Below are positions 36,098-50,362 of a DNA stretch of 64,000 bases, one piece after another. This DNA comes from Selaginella moellendorffii (Eukaryota > Plantae > Lycopodiophyta). The notes below the pieces were generated by a model that made no database searches, was not told where the DNA came from, and worked only from the letters and a program-made list of their open reading frames with translations. How positions within the stretch are numbered: the first letter of the stretch is position 1; every line of letters begins with the position of its first letter. A program made the position numbers and the translations under genes. The stretch lies in contig NW_003314299.1 of NCBI RefSeq assembly GCF_000143415.4, forward strand, positions 352,314 through 416,313, read 5' to 3'.

Positions 36098-37848
36098 TCA
36101 CATATAGCGTGGATTTTTTGTTTGGGAGCTTGTGTAGACGTTTGCTAGTAAAGCATAGGGTGTCTTGGGGGTTGCGTCAGTTACGCCCATTACAGATCTC
36201 ACTACATGGTTTCCCAGTCTAAGATTGTTATAATCCTCGTGGCTCTTGCATGCTCCGAGAAGGCACGTCCACTCGAGAGCACTGGGAACGAACGGCATGC
36301 TTAAGATTAGATCTTTGGCGTCGTGAAGGTGGCCGGCTCGGCTCAAGAGATCTACCATGCAACTGTAGTGCTGCCTTGTGGGCTCAATGGCGTGATCCAC
36401 AACCATGGAAGCGAAGAAGCTCTTTCCCGCTTGAAAGCTGCCTTTGTGGCTGTTTGCGGCCAGGATGGATGCGAAGCACGATGTGTTTGGGGAATCGACG
36501 GCCTGCATTTCGTTGAAGAGATGAAAGGCCTTGCTGGCAGTGGTGCTTACTTGTGCATATGAAGCTATCATGGAGCTCCACAAGATTTGGTCTCTGTCAG
36601 GGGCTGTATCAAAAAGTTTCCTTGCGTATACAATATGGCCTTCTCGGGAAAATGCAGATATCAAAGCATCCCAGCTCACAACGTTGCGTTCTAGCATGCT
36701 ATGAAAGAGTAAAGCCGCTTCACGTAGTTTGCTAGTTAGAACAAACGCATTTAACATTGTGTTCCACGAAACCTAAAGAGTCTTAAAGCAAAGTCACAAT
36801 GCCCTCATTGGGCATACGCCGAAAGAACAGAGTTCCAAGAGCACAGGTCTCGCTGCGGCATTTGATCAAAGGTGGCCTTCACAAGATCGAAGTCTGAGGG
36901 TTGTGAGAGCAGCATTATCGTACAGGAAGTAAGATCAAGCTCCGGCATTTGATAGAAAAAGCTCTTGGTTTCCTCCCCGGGGCTGTTCTTGGCAAGAACA
37001 GCGAGCATTGTTGTCCACGACAAGAGAGCTCTCTGCGGCATGGAGTCAAATATAAGCTTTGATTGTCTAGCATCACGGCAGCATCGCATCACGGTGTTGC
37101 ACGAAACGAGATCTATCTCAGGCATCTCGCGGAAAATCCTCTGTGCCGAATCGACATCCTCGTTCAGTGTGTACGCGCCAAGCATCGTGGTCCAGGCGAC
37201 GAGATCGTGCTGCGGCATTGCATCAAAAAAAAGCTTTGCTCCGTGCAAATCTCCGCCCTGCGACAAGGCAACCAAGATTGTCGTCCATGACACAAGGTCA
37301 CGAGCCTCCATAGAATCGAAAACACGTTTCGCTCCTCTACATGCCCGTTCCGGGCATATGCTGCAAGAATGGAATTCCACGACACGAGATCATACTCGGG
37401 CATCCCAGAGATAGTCCTCTCGGCAGTTTTTAGATCCCAGCTGTGTGCGTGGACTGACAAGATTGCATTCCATGAGAGAAGGCTGTGTTGCGGCATCTCA
37501 TCAAATGTTTTAGAATATGCCCACTCCGGGCATATGCCAAGAGCATGGATGTCCATGCAAGGACATCCTTTTGCGGCATTTTGTCGAAGATCTCTTTTGC
37601 ATGTTTAAGATGGGAGTTTTGGGCGTAAGCTCGAAACATGAAAGCCCACGAAAACGAATCTTTGTGATTGATGGTATCAAAGATTTGGCGTGCCTCTTGT
37701 GGGCTTCCATAAACATCTCGATGAGTTTGTTGCTGAGGAAGGAATCATTAGCAAGTGGATGATTCCTTTTAAGATTCAAGTAAACTTCACTTGCTTCATA
37801 AAGGCTTTTGCAGGATTGAATAAAATGAATGTTACACTTTCTGTTCAT
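36098..37848 (-). pseudogene. PLS/E-class PPR gene (PPR-B), copy 2
   Basis: Near-identical to 24520-26247; ORFs 37510-37848, 37164-37556, 36805-37380, 36098-36757. Confidence 0.9.
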
Positions 37849-38976
37849 AGTCCAACCCAGATTAAATAATATTTAATGATAATATTAAAAACTCATTATG
37901 AGAAGAACAAATAATGGTTTTATTTCTGTTTAGTATTATTTATTAACCTAACTGATTAATCCGAATTAAAAGTAGAATAATCTAGAATATACTAAAAGGT
38001 GTTTAAATACAAAATTAATCTAATCGCTAGATGGTAAAATATCTTAAAATATCAAAGTTACCTTAAACCATTAACACAACTAAGTCATGGGATATATTGA
38101 AATGGGGTACAAAGCAACTAGAGGTAGAGGGTGATGTGTCTCTTACTCCAACACCCTCTTTATTGTAATTGGCTTGTTTCCCTCATTCTTGGAGATTTTG
38201 GTGATCAATTCTTTCTAAAATTAAATACAATCCCAAAACCTTTAACCAATTTTAACTGATTAAACAATGGGTGTTTTATTCATGGCCTGTTCCCCACATA
38301 CTTTATCATTTCTCAACCTTAGAGGCACCAAGTATTCCAAGATTTTTAATAAACTGGAAAAAGGTGGTGCACTTTTATTCATAAACATTTTCCCTTTATA
38401 TTTAATTGTTTCTCAAGTAACTTTTCAAGATTCTTTTGAGAGGCCCATTCTCTTTCTAGATGTTAATCAAATATATAGTATGATTCCTTTATCTAGTTTA
38501 GAGTTCTTAAAAGTTCATTTAACCCACTACTATTCAAACCCAAGGATATTTAACTTTAAATATCTCTCTTAACTAATTGAAAAATGAGGTGTAATAAATT
38601 CTTTCCTTTTATATTTAAACCCTTATACAAATTATTCTCTTTAGTTGTTTACAATCTACAAATAAGTTAAAAAATTTATGCAACTAACATGGTTAGATTG
38701 TTCTAAGAATTATAAACTTGTTTGAACATAATATTTTTTTGGATTAGTTTCAATAGCTTTTGTAATTTGGTCGAAACAAAGTGAAAATCCAAAAATTTAT
38801 AGTCCAAGAATCAAAAGAACCCAAAAGCTTTTCTAAGTGATGGTAAGTTATCTCTATAGCCATATTAAACACTAATAACCTCTAAATGGCAGTTTAAACA
38901 AATATAATTATATCATGGTGGGAAAAGAAGATGTAAATATAGACAAAAGGATAGGAGTTTTGTATTACATCAAGTA

Positions 38977-38977
<1 letters not shown>

Positions 38978-39046
<69 letters not shown>
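38978..39046. repeat. (TA)n microsatellite
   Basis: Perfect TA run of about 34 units. Confidence 0.97.
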
Positions 39047-39048
<2 letters not shown>

Positions 39049-39222
39049 AGATTTCAGTTAACTTTGTCTATGTTTAAGATATAGTATTAAACACTGACTA
39101 CAGAGGGAAAAAATTAAAACTGCTAGATTAAGGTAGATTCTAAAATATACCTGAATATTTATAATACATTCTTTTCACCTTATTAAAAATATAAATTACC
39201 ACCTACATTCAAACAAGGACCA

Positions 39223-40849
39223 AACGAAGGTGGCACTGTCGGTGGCGTGCACTTTCTTCTCTGGTTTCCAATCCGTTGAAATTTGTTTTTGGCTTCAACC
39301 ATTTTTCCTCTTGCATTTCTTCCACAAATCGGGGATTTTGCGCAATTCTTCTTCATGGCGCTCCCTAGCGCTCACAATTCTCCTGGCGCTGCGTGCCAAT
39401 TGTGGGAATAATCTGGGCACTGGTGCTGTGGATGTTTCTTCTTCTCCCGTTTCTTGCAAGCATCGGCTACAGGAAGCGTTTTGATCGAGCAAGAACGTCC
39501 CAGCCGCTGGTATTCGCGTCGGTCTGGACCACGGCGTGGTTGTTGTGGAATCGATTCGGTGGTGTCGGCTCCTTCCTCCATCCCGCCGTTTCCCAGGTTA
39601 CAATCTTGCCGCTGGTGATGAGCGCCGGCGTGTGGGGGATCGATGGGATCGCATTCCTCATGGCGTGGTTCTCGGCAATTCTCCATGACAGGGCCGTTCT
39701 CGACGAGAATCTTTCTAAGATGAAAAAATCCGGCTACGCAGCTCGGCCACTCCCTGGCGTTTGGGGCCTCTCGATCTTGTTCTACGGAAGCGCCATGGTC
39801 TCGATCTTCTCGGGCGATTTCTTCCAGAAGGACATCGCCCTCACGATGAAGAAAACAGTGCCAGTCTCTTGCGTCCTGGGCAAGTTCCCCTTCTACGAGG
39901 ACATGGATGTGATGCTCAACAAGACAAACCAGCGCCTCCGAGCCGGCAATGGTCCTCTGGTCCGAGGCTACGGTGAAACTCGACCTCAAACAGGAGAGGG
40001 ATTCTCTCCAACTCAAAGCCGGACAGGTCGCTTCCCAGCACGGTGCCTACGTTGGCATCACTTACGAGTACAAGGACGCGAGTACTGGAAGAGTCGGGAA
40101 CTATTTCGACCTCGTTCTTCCCGATGGCTCCATTGGATTTAGCTACAGGAAAGCCCACTTGGTTCCATTCGTGGAGTGGTATGGAACTCCAGGGGATCCC
40201 ATTCTTCCTGTCATCAAGACCGAGCTCGGCCATATTGGAGGAGCTATTTGTTACGATTTCGAGTTCCCAGACCTGATGCACCAGGCCGGGAAAAAGAGGT
40301 AGAGCGCAGTTATGATGGTGTTCTCTAAGTTTCTGGTGAATGTTTTTAGGATTGATATCATGCTCCAGCCAGCCGCGACTTGGGGACCAACTGGTCCCCG
40401 GGTGAAAGAGGCCGATGCTTTCCATGTCGTGGAGAATGGCTTTAGTTGGTTTCGATGCTCCACGGGAGGTGTTTCAGCGGTTGTAGATCCATATCTCCAG
40501 ACATTCGATTACAGATGTGACAGTTTTGATCAATCAAAGCTCTTTAATATTCTTTTGTTTCTTTGGCAGGGAAGGTATCTCCGACTCGGTCTGCCATGGT
40601 GCTCCCAGTACTCGGGAAGGCCTGGACGCTTTACCAAGCTACGGCTTTCTTTTCGCTTGGCTAGTGGCAGCACTCGCTGCAGTACACGTCTCCATGCTCT
40701 GCCTCCCTCTTGGAGCAGTGACATACATCCTTGACAAGTCCCCTCCCACCTTTGTGTGCTACATCACTGGTGACCGATCCTTCAAGGAGTTTGAGAGGTC
40801 GGAGCTACATTGCATGCTGTTGTCAGAGGAATCAAACGCGCTTGTCTAA
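39223..40849 (+). pseudogene. Lnt-like CN-hydrolase, copy 3; start codon lost, with deletions and frameshifts
   Basis: ORFs 39230-39484, 39393-40142, 39949-40302 (VLWSEAT, YRKAHLVPF, AICYDFEFP), 40312- and 40517-40849; same introns. Confidence 0.88.
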
Positions 40850-41504
40850 GATTCCTGTGAAGCCCAATCTGTAAGGAAGTGTATACAAAACATGGGTGAT
40901 ATGGACGTAGCACTTGTATTGACATAATCGTCGTTTGGTGCAACGATTTGGAGGAGTTCCAAGGCGTTGGATTGAGTCGGCTGGAGTGTTGATTGCAAAG
41001 AAGGCAGCCCCACGCTGCCATGACGAGGGCATTGCGTTCCATCTCCATCACTCCGGCTTGTGAGCATCGTGGGGCAAAGGAATATTTGCTTTGTTAGTAC
41101 CTATCATCTTATTAAACAAACATTGATCGTTTTCTAGTTTTCCATGAAGAATTTTGAAAACATTCGCATAGAATCAAACACATTCCCTCAGGTGGATCAT
41201 CAAACACAATTTTCGCCTGTTGCACTTTCCACACACCTCAATCGCTAGGTATTGCAAGGTATCTGTCTGATTGAAGTTGCTCGCAATCTCTCAAAGCCTC
41301 TGGTGATTTGGTCCAGGTGGTCCACACTCAGATCCTGGGAATGTTGGGTGTTATATAGACAAATGATTTGTTTTTTTCCCATGAAGCATCGATGCTTCAT
41401 GGGAACATCAAGAATCCAGTCGCATGAAATGCAATTGGTACTTCTAGTCTTAAATTCTCGAGCAATTTGACAACATAATCCAGGCAGCAGTTTTTTTTTC
41501 CTAG

Positions 41505-41586
41505 ATTCTATCAATGCCAAGCCCATACATTTGCCAGAAGAGGATACATAGCTTTGCTGCTCACAATTCCAGACACCCATTTTGAT
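41505..41586 (-). pseudogene. 3'-terminal remnant of PPR-A
   Basis: Reverse complement of ~5930-6015 (SKWVSGI..YPLLANVWAWH*). Confidence 0.75.
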
Positions 41587-41589
41587 AGA

Positions 41590-44500
41590 GGCTTTTGAAG
41601 TATGCCTTTGCCAATGTTCAGAGCTTGGCAAACCATCACATGCAACATATTATGCCTCACATTCATTCAAGGAGACTGAGAAGAAGTACATGGATGCAGA
41701 AAAAGAAGTAATGGCTGTTATTTACACTTTAGAATGATTTTGTCACTTTCTCATTGGAGCATATATCCATTTCCATGCTTGTTTTAATGTGTTAACCTTT
41801 CTTTTACAACAACCAATTTAGAGTCCTCATACTTTATTTTAGATTGTGACTATCCAAGATTTCCAACCCACTTTTCACATGCGGCAGAAGCGTGTGATGG
41901 ATCTGAGTGAGTTCTTGGTTGCTGAGGCTACCTCCTTTGTGGTCCCAATAGCCTTACGGGACATTGTAATGTACCTAAATTTAGGCATGTTCCTAGCAGA
42001 TTCCTCACTAGCACAACGAGCATGAGGATTTTGCATTTTCAATAGACATCTTTATAATAGGACTTCACATGATGTTTTTTTGTGGTGTGTGGGTGAACAC
42101 AAGATTTTTGAGCTATTTCGTGCTTTCCACTCTTGTATAGGGCATTTCTCAAGACGAGTCACAACACAACTCCTTTTATGCCATGGCTACTTTTAGCCTT
42201 GGATTCACTATAACAACTTGGACTATGTAAAGGCATGTGAGCAGTGCTAGCAATTAAACCCCTAGAGCCATGTTCTATGCTTTTCTTTCCAGCTTGTCAC
42301 TTTTCTAGGTCTCTTTTTCCAATGGGGACTTGACTTTGTTGGCTTGATCAACCCACCAAGCTTAAAAGAATAGTAATATATCATCATGGCAACAAATTAC
42401 TTCACAAAATGGGTTGAAACCATCCCTCCCCAACAAATAGATCAACAGTTTACAGCATAGTTTGTCTACGAGTACATCATTTGCCGATTTAGAGTTCCTA
42501 TAGTTTTGATTTCTGATTATGGTAGTGGCTTCCTTGGATAGGTGATGCAACATCTTCTGCAGCAGCTGCAAGTCAAGCACTTGAAAAGCAGCAACTACTA
42601 TCTTGAGTGCAATGGCCAAATAGAGTTTAGCAACAAGATCTTGAAGACCATTATCTCAAAGCTTGTGGAGAATCATTTGAGGCATTGGCACAAGCACTTG
42701 GTTATAGCATTATAGGCCTTTCAAACGTCTTTCAAGACATCCATCTCTACAACTCTATTCTTTCTCATTGATGGGATAGAGGCCATGCTTCTAGTGGAGA
42801 TTCAGGTGCCATCACTTTCACTTTCGCTTTGATATGCAATAGAGATGCAGCTTAACAATGAAGACAAGTTTTATGTATGTGACTTGGAGGTTTTTGCCTT
42901 GGAAGAACAATGAAGAGCCACAATTAAACATCTCCTTTGAGGCAAGTAGAAAATCAAGTCAGTAATTGATCACTAGCAGTCAGTTGAACCATTCAAGGAT
43001 AGCAATAATATTTTACTCAAGGAGTTCATGCCACCTTCAAAGTTCTCTTCTCACTAAATTGGCCTTTACTTTGTTCAACAACACATTGGAGGTGGAGTAT
43101 ATATGCTAGTTGATGTTGATGGATGTGAGCTCCCACACACTCACAACCACTCTCACCTTAAATATTTCATCTAGTGAGGTGTTCCTCTTCTCTCCTTTTT
43201 CATTTGCTTTCTTTCTTTCACTTTACTTTTATAGTTTCTTTTCTTATTTGCAAAGGGTGTTTTTCCACTAGACTATGGCTCTTGCTTTGGATTTCATGCT
43301 TAGGTTGCATTGGCATTTGTATGGGAGTTCCTCATTGGGTTCAGACTATGTTTTAGGTTTTTTGGCTAGTCCCTTACCATTACTTTACCCCACATATTCC
43401 ATATCATTTACACTTATAGATCCATCACCAATCATTCTTAGTAGTGTTGCCCACACTTCTAAATGCCCATTTTACATATTTCATTCTTTCACCATCATTC
43501 ATATTTCTGTTTGAGGTTATATTTACATCATACCACAAATACACATACATGCACCAGTAACAAAAGACATCACCTCATTTGGATGTGCTATTTTTGAGAT
43601 ATTATTGTGACCATTTGCTAACGATGTGCTAGCTTTTTTGGAGTGATGTTTTTCCAACTAGGTGAACCTATTCACTCAAGGCACCTAAGTGGATCCTTAG
43701 GCAGGGCCATAGAAGCTGAAGCCACTTTCTTATACTCTAGCACTCAGTGGACACATGCCACTTCTCTTTATCAATAATCCAACAACTATGTTGTCTTTTT
43801 CAACTATGATTTTCTTTAATTTGACACCTTAAACCATAGGCCTGACGCTTTTAAAGATGGCCACCTTCTTAGAGTGTTGCCACCATCTTGACACTCCACC
43901 ATAATACTCCATCTTTCATCATTTCTATATTTACCACCCTTGGCAAATGCATTCCCTTTTCTACCTCTCTTTCTTTTGTGATTTTTGGCTAATCCTTAGA
44001 GTATACTTAAAGTCATCATGAGGTTGCAATTGTATATTACACTTTCCTGAGCCAAAATCCAGGTACAGGTTAAGTGCTTTGGGTACTTAGTTTTTTTTCT
44101 TCTACTTTTCTTCTCGTTTCACACTTTTTTTCACTATTTCTTTTACATTAGGGCCTGGTTTGAATATAGGGTTTCCCACAAGATTTTCCTCCCTATCTTT
44201 AAACTTCACATCTACCTTTTTTCTTTCTTTTTCCACTTTATTTTCCAAAGTTTCTACTAGTTCACGTAGTTACTAGCATTTGGCATCAGTAATAGAGGTA
44301 CACTCTACACTCTTCGAAGGGTTCTCACACGTCTGGGTCAGTGTGATCCATTGTGGTCACATATTAGGGCATGGCCATTTAGAAACTGTAAGAGTGAGAG
44401 AGAGAATATTTTGATTCCTAAAATATTTTTTTATCTTAGGAGTATTTATGAAGAGCATTGGAACATTTTTTGTGTTTAAGTGAGCGTTTGAGGAGTGCAT

Positions 44501-44800
44501 CTTATCTCCTCAATAGTGGTGATAGTTTGAAATATGAGGATATTCATTTTTTAGTGGTCATGGACTCTCAATAAGGAGACTAACTTAAGCACATTGCTAA
44601 ATAAGGGATGCCTCGATGTCATGATACACGGTTAATATGTTTAATATGAGAGTTTAGCACACTTAACTTGAACACTCTAGTGCAAGTGACACTGAGGATA
44701 TGATGAATGAAATAGAAACACCCAATACAGACCCTTGGCTAAAAAGGCTATATTGGGCACACTATAAAGTGTGGGGGATGCTTCTTAGGTTGTGGTCAAC
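41590..44800 (+). mobile_element. Decayed non-chromovirus gypsy (Athila/Tat-like) RNaseH-integrase and long 3' region
   Basis: YYASHSF..EKKY..AEKEVMAVIY, QWGLDFVG..NYFTKWVE, NGQIE..NK motifs; AAGTGTGGGGG PPT-like at ~44767; right boundary uncertain. Confidence 0.65.
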
Positions 44801-44879
44801 ATCTTAAAGGTCAAATAGATTTAGTACTTATTGGTAAACTCGTTGAGAAGTTTATATGGGATCACTAATTGATTTTATA

Positions 44880-47800
44880 TTTAAACAAGAATAAGCTCTT
44901 TGTTGGGCTTTCAGTTTGGATCATTTTCTTCGGGCATTCACCAATACTATCAAATTCTTATGTTGTCTATGCAAGGATGGCACAAATAGATTAGACAAAT
45001 CCATCCCGAAGATCACATTAAATTTTGCTATATCCAAAATAGTAAAATCTCTATCCACTTTCCACATCCCTATTTTGACTTTTGCTTGTCAAAATACCTT
45101 ATTAGTGCTTTGGCTTCCTTGAACAAACTTTATAATCCTTAGTTTTCCTAACTACTATCCAGTTTCACGAACTTTATTTGCAACCATAAAATTGTTTGAA
45201 ACACTAACAAAGTTACTTCCAAGCTTTTTATGAAGGGCTAGTAGCAACTCTCTACTAAAGCTATTTGTGTTATGAGTACTTTTGAGCTAAAGACTAGATC
45301 ACAAACTTTAGTTTAAACTTCACTCAACTTATGTTGATTTTAGCCTTTTTTTGGTAAAGACATTCTCTTAAGAAGTGTTTAGCCTCACCAAATTTGAAAC
45401 ATATATTGTTCCCCACACTATTAATGGACTTAATCTTTTTATTAATGGGTTTGTCCTTTTTGGCTTAACTCCCTCACGTGCTTGCTTTTTAGCAATTGCA
45501 TTTGCTTTTCCAAAACTTTAAGAATTCATTTTTAGAGAAACTCTTTTTAAATTTCCCTTTTCCATATGTCCCTCTTGATTTAAATCCTTTGCTAAATGTA
45601 GATTTAGTTGTGTTCACTTTTCCTAAGTTGTCATTGAAATACACCTTGATAATTGCATTTGATGCTTTTTTTTAGCTGGTTGGGTTCCAATGTATCACCT
45701 TTCCCCAAGCCCAAGTCTGCAATTATAAAATAAAGGTGTGAAATGCATCTATATCTCCTATATTTGTGATAAGGATCCTTTTAGCTATGAACACATTTAT
45801 ATATTCTTAAATGGTTCCCATCTACTTTAACATACTTAACTCATCTTTTAGATGTACAATCGCATTTGGGGGTACATAGGTTGTTTTAATCTTTGCCTTC
45901 ATCACTTCCCAAGTAACCACTAAACCTTTGTTAGCCTCTATTTTTCTCTACTAAAGCTTAGCATTAGTAGAGTTTAGTAATTGCAATGCTCAGAAATAAT
46001 CCTCTATATCATAAAATTAATCTTCCATTACTTTATAATTATTCACTTCTTTGAAGACTACTTGAGGCTTTATTTTATACTTGAGAATTGTTTATGAGAT
46101 AAACTCAAAGTGTGGGTGACACTACTTACTTAGATACCTTGCATGGCTCATCGAAAACTCACTATAATTATATGGTTGAGGCACCTTTGTGGTAGAAGGT
46201 GGGGGGAGTATTTACAAGACTTATGTTGAGTTGCCATGTTTCGAAATATCATCATAAAATTCTAAATTGTAAAGGAAAGAAAAGGGTCTTTTTGAAGGGC
46301 TATGGTTACATGATAAGGAAGTCTCAAAGGTTAATGGGACTTAGTGGATAGGCTTTCGAGCCCTAGACTAATAATAGGATTGGCAAGCACTATTATGAAT
46401 GAAGAGGACTTAATGGGGATTGAACAAGTGATATTGGGGACTAAAGGTGTGGTTATGAAATGCCACTTTTAAATAGATGGCTTAGTTTTGGAGAGAGAGA
46501 ATTGTGGTGTGGGTGGTCTTGGACTATCAATGAGACAAAGATGGAGGGATATAGCTTTAGTGTAACAAACTAAAATGTTAGTGATACCTTTGGGTGTTTC
46601 TAATGGGTTTGGGCATATAAAGCACTTGTACTAAGTGTAAAGATATGATGACTTTAAGACTACCTCTAAAAGTTAGCAAATTCCCCAAGTTGGGATGAGG
46701 ACCTAAAGAGGTTGTGAATAAGATTCCTCTAAATGGTCAAAGGCATGGCTAAGTGATTAAAGTAAAATTAGTAGAAATGTAGAGATTCTTCATCCACTAA
46801 TTTTTGTTCGATTAGAGGTTCCATCTCCATAAGGAGTCTTTGTTCGTTTACCCCCTACCTTTGCCATCTCTTAGTGATTTACCTCTATCCTTGGTTAGAA
46901 CTGAGAAAAAGACTTCGATACTAAATTGTAAATTGCAAATTTTTTCTTCTCCAACTTGCTAGTTTACTTTATCTATCCAACTTTTTTTGCATTGGTTTTA
47001 GTTAAGTTCTTTTACCTAGGTTCATGCCTATTGTACCTACTTTTGTTTTGTTCTACTTAAGTTCAACTATTTATTGCATGACGGGGTGTTAGTTAATTTG
47101 TTATAGATTCTCCAAAGTTTCTCCCAATCCCCCTCCCTAGGTTAAACTAAACTTAAAGTTTTGTTACACTCTCTATAAGCACAACCAACAAGCATATCAA
47201 GCCTCCAAATTCTTATCATTCCATGGTATAATAAACTTCTTCATAGGACCTTTTAAATCCTAAGTCTTAAATACATCTTTTAATTCAGGACACTAAGGGG
47301 AAACACCATAGCTTAATGGCTTGGTATGAGTACTTAAATTCCCCACCTTTATCCTAAAGAGAAGGCCCAAACCCTTAGGAAGGGGTAAAGATTAATGAAC
47401 CTTATGATACTCAAATAGAGCATCACTCCACTTGAGCAAGGAGCACCATAATTAATTTTTTTTTGGGAGTGGGAGTTGCTCTTAAGCACCTTTTGGAGGA
47501 GCTTTTTTGGCACTCCTCAAGTCTATACTCATTCCCATATCCAAAGCTACTAACCCCTAATCCAAATTTTAATTTGGTTTAGAAGCACCACTAGAGAGTT
47601 CCTTTAAGATTGAGTGTTTAACCTCACTACCCCTATCTCTAGTATACTTTTGGAAACTCACACCCCTTCCCCCTCTGACCATGATAACCATCACTTATAT
47701 TAGTATTCGGACTTAGTTTCAAACTCAATCTTGGATTCAATCTTAGACTTGATTTTGGATTGAATTTTAAACTTTGTCTCAGACTCAATTTCAGACTTGA

Positions 47801-47898
47801 TCTCGAACTCGGTCTTATCCAATGAACTCTTTATCGATCTAATTGTGATTTCAGAAAATCCTTTAGCTTATAACACTTTAGTGAATTGATTCCTTACA
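44880..47898 (-). mobile_element. Decayed family-B gypsy 5' half: ~970-bp LTR (46927-47898), degenerate PBS, gag-protease
   Basis: Reverse complement starts TGTAAGGAATCAATTC and ends ..AATTTACA followed by TTTAGTATCGAAG; 44900-46100 is colinear with 12330-13600. Confidence 0.8.
46320..46770 (+). mobile_element. Family-A LTR 3' fragment nested in the opposite orientation inside the family-B gag region
   Basis: Similar to 900-1370 (GGGACTTAGTGG..GATATTGGGGAA..AAGTGATTAAAGTAAAAT). Confidence 0.65.
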
Positions 47899-47899
47899 A

Positions 47900-48950
47900 C
47901 AAGTGGTGAGTTGTGGGATGGATAACAATGAAGAGATAAATCATTTTGTCTAGGCTTGCTATTGGAAGCTTTGGGTTACAATACTTAATTCTTTTTCAAA
48001 AAATCTTATTATTACTCCTTAAGTATTAATTATGAGTTTGATTAGAAAGAGAGTGGTATTAGCTTGTTTATATTGTGAACAAAATTGGTGGTATTGAGTG
48101 TCATAAATCTCTATCAATGTGGTATAGCATTTATATTATATTTTATTGAATAGAGTTGGCATTTGATATTTAAGTAAACTTTTGAGATAATAATGTAGGT
48201 GTGCTCATGGTGTTACTTGATTAATGATTAAGTCATTGTGAATTTTATATCATATTCATATGATTTTGAGCAATGTATTTACAAAATTGCTTGATCAAAT
48301 AATGATCAACCCTAAAGTGGTTGATAGTGATGTTAATCTATTTGCAAGTAGTAGCATTGAAGTAAGTTTAACTTAGTTCTTGATAATAATTTATTATATA
48401 TTAAGCTAGTGTCGGTACATTAGTTCTTTAAGGGGTTTACTAGTATTTATTTGCTATAACATGTTGGTTTACCTATTAGTAATTGGAGTAAGTTGTTAGA
48501 TAGAAAAGATGTGTAGTTGAGGCTTTGATATTGCTAACACTTGTATTAGTGGAAATGATATTAATACGTTATGTGATGAAGATTTTTCCTTAGAATTTGA
48601 TATTTCATGTTATTTTTCTTGTTAGTATTTTGGCTTCATATTTGAATTTGAAAGTGATTAAAAAATAGTGTTAGTACAATATAGATATCCAAAGATATGG
48701 TATTTGTGATTAAATCTTAGGTGTTAATTTATATTTTGCATATGTCAAAGTTGGATAGTACAATGTTCAATGCTTAAGCATACTATCAGGTTATGAAAAT
48801 TTGTGTTGAGATAAACCTATATGAAATTGTAGGTAAGAGAAAGTTGGTTAAGTTTTGAGAATTTATGTTCCTAAAAGAGAGTCATTTTTTTTCTAGAATT
48901 TAAAAATTTTCCATATATTTTCTTAGGCTTTTTAAATGACAGATTTATTG
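47900..48950. repeat. AT-rich dispersed repeat, inverted relative to ~61700-62850
   Basis: For example ATGATCAACCCTAAAGTGGTTGATAGTGA (~48300) versus TCACTATCAACCACTTTGGGGTTGATCAT (~62440); several colinear blocks. Confidence 0.7.
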
Positions 48951-48958
48951 ATCATTTT

Positions 48959-49629
48959 TATAGCATACCTTATCTCTCTCCCCTTAAGCCAACTAGAAAA
49001 GGGGCAATTGCTTGATGAAAGAGCCCTTAGTGGTTATTTTATCCCCATTTATCCCCGAAGGTTCCAAGGATCTACGGTGACAGTATATCTAAATCTAATC
49101 CCATGATCACATGCGCTACACTCACCCCCCCTTGAGAGATATCAATGTCCTCATTGACTATTGACTAACAACCCCTACTGAGCCAAAGGGAACTAGCACC
49201 TTCATTTTCGCACTCAATCTATCAATCTTTCCATTGTGTAGACCGACTATTCTATGTGATGCAACTAGTCATCCACCCGTATCACAGTCCCACGGTGGAT
49301 ACCTTCGTCTGGGATGCTCCACAAGAGGAAGGACGTACGTATGGATGTCTAATACGTACGATTTTCAAATTTAGGGGTAGGAATATATCTTGCTCAAGGG
49401 TATATTATATTTTAGGTAGCCATTAATCAATGGGAATCAAACCCATACCATTTGCTCTGATACCAACTGTAGTGCACTTTATCTCTCTCCCCTTAAGCCA
49501 ATTGGAAAAGGGGCAATTGCTTGATGAAAGAGCCTTTAGTGGCTATTTTATCCTCATTTATCCCCCAAGGTTTCAAGGATCCACGGTGACAATATATCCA
49601 AATCTCATCCCATGATCACATGCGCTACA
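48959..49629 (-). mobile_element. TRIM family C, copy 1
   Basis: 162-bp LTRs 48959-49120 and 49468-49629, PBS reverse complement GCTCTGATACCA 49454-49465, PPT reverse complement CTCACCCCCCC 49121-, TSD ATTTT. Confidence 0.93.
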
Positions 49630-50362
49630 ATTTTTCTTGAGAACTATTCCATTTACGTAAACTATTACAAATTAATGAAGGCTTTAGAGTTGATTTTGGT
49701 TAGATTGGACCTTAGTAAGTAGATTATATAGGGATGGTCCAAAGTTGAGTTGAGCTCAATTCAACATAAGTCAACTCAAGTCAACACAATCAACTAAAAA
49801 TCTTACAAAGGAAATCTAAATTGAACAAATGAAGGTTTTAACAAACTTTAGATATTTAAATATGTAAATATCTGAGTTAAAAGTTTCTATAAAATTGAAT
49901 TGTTTAAAAAAGACAAAGTTCACAAGAACCTACATAAGAGTTTCTAGAATTCTAGATTATCATGTATACACATGCTCTATCATTATGATGAAATCCTACT
50001 TTGCTACACATATATTCTTTTCTACACATACTAAATGTCTAGGGAAATAGACTACAAGGAAATATATATCACATTATAGTGGTAGAGCACGTTAGCATGC
50101 TGCCATTCTTTCGTATAGGATTGTTTTTTAGTCTTGGAAATGTAGATAAAGTTGATTCTTTGATGTGATATTACTTTTGAGTCTTTCAAAAGATTTTAAT
50201 TTCTTTTATTATTATTCACAAAAAACTCCTGAAAACTTTTAATGAGGATTCACTACAAAAATATACCTTGGTCTTATCATATGAGAGGATTGCAATATAG
50301 ACAGGCAACAAATTTTTTTGTATGAATTAATATATAAATTACAAATGTTATGAAAAATTTTA

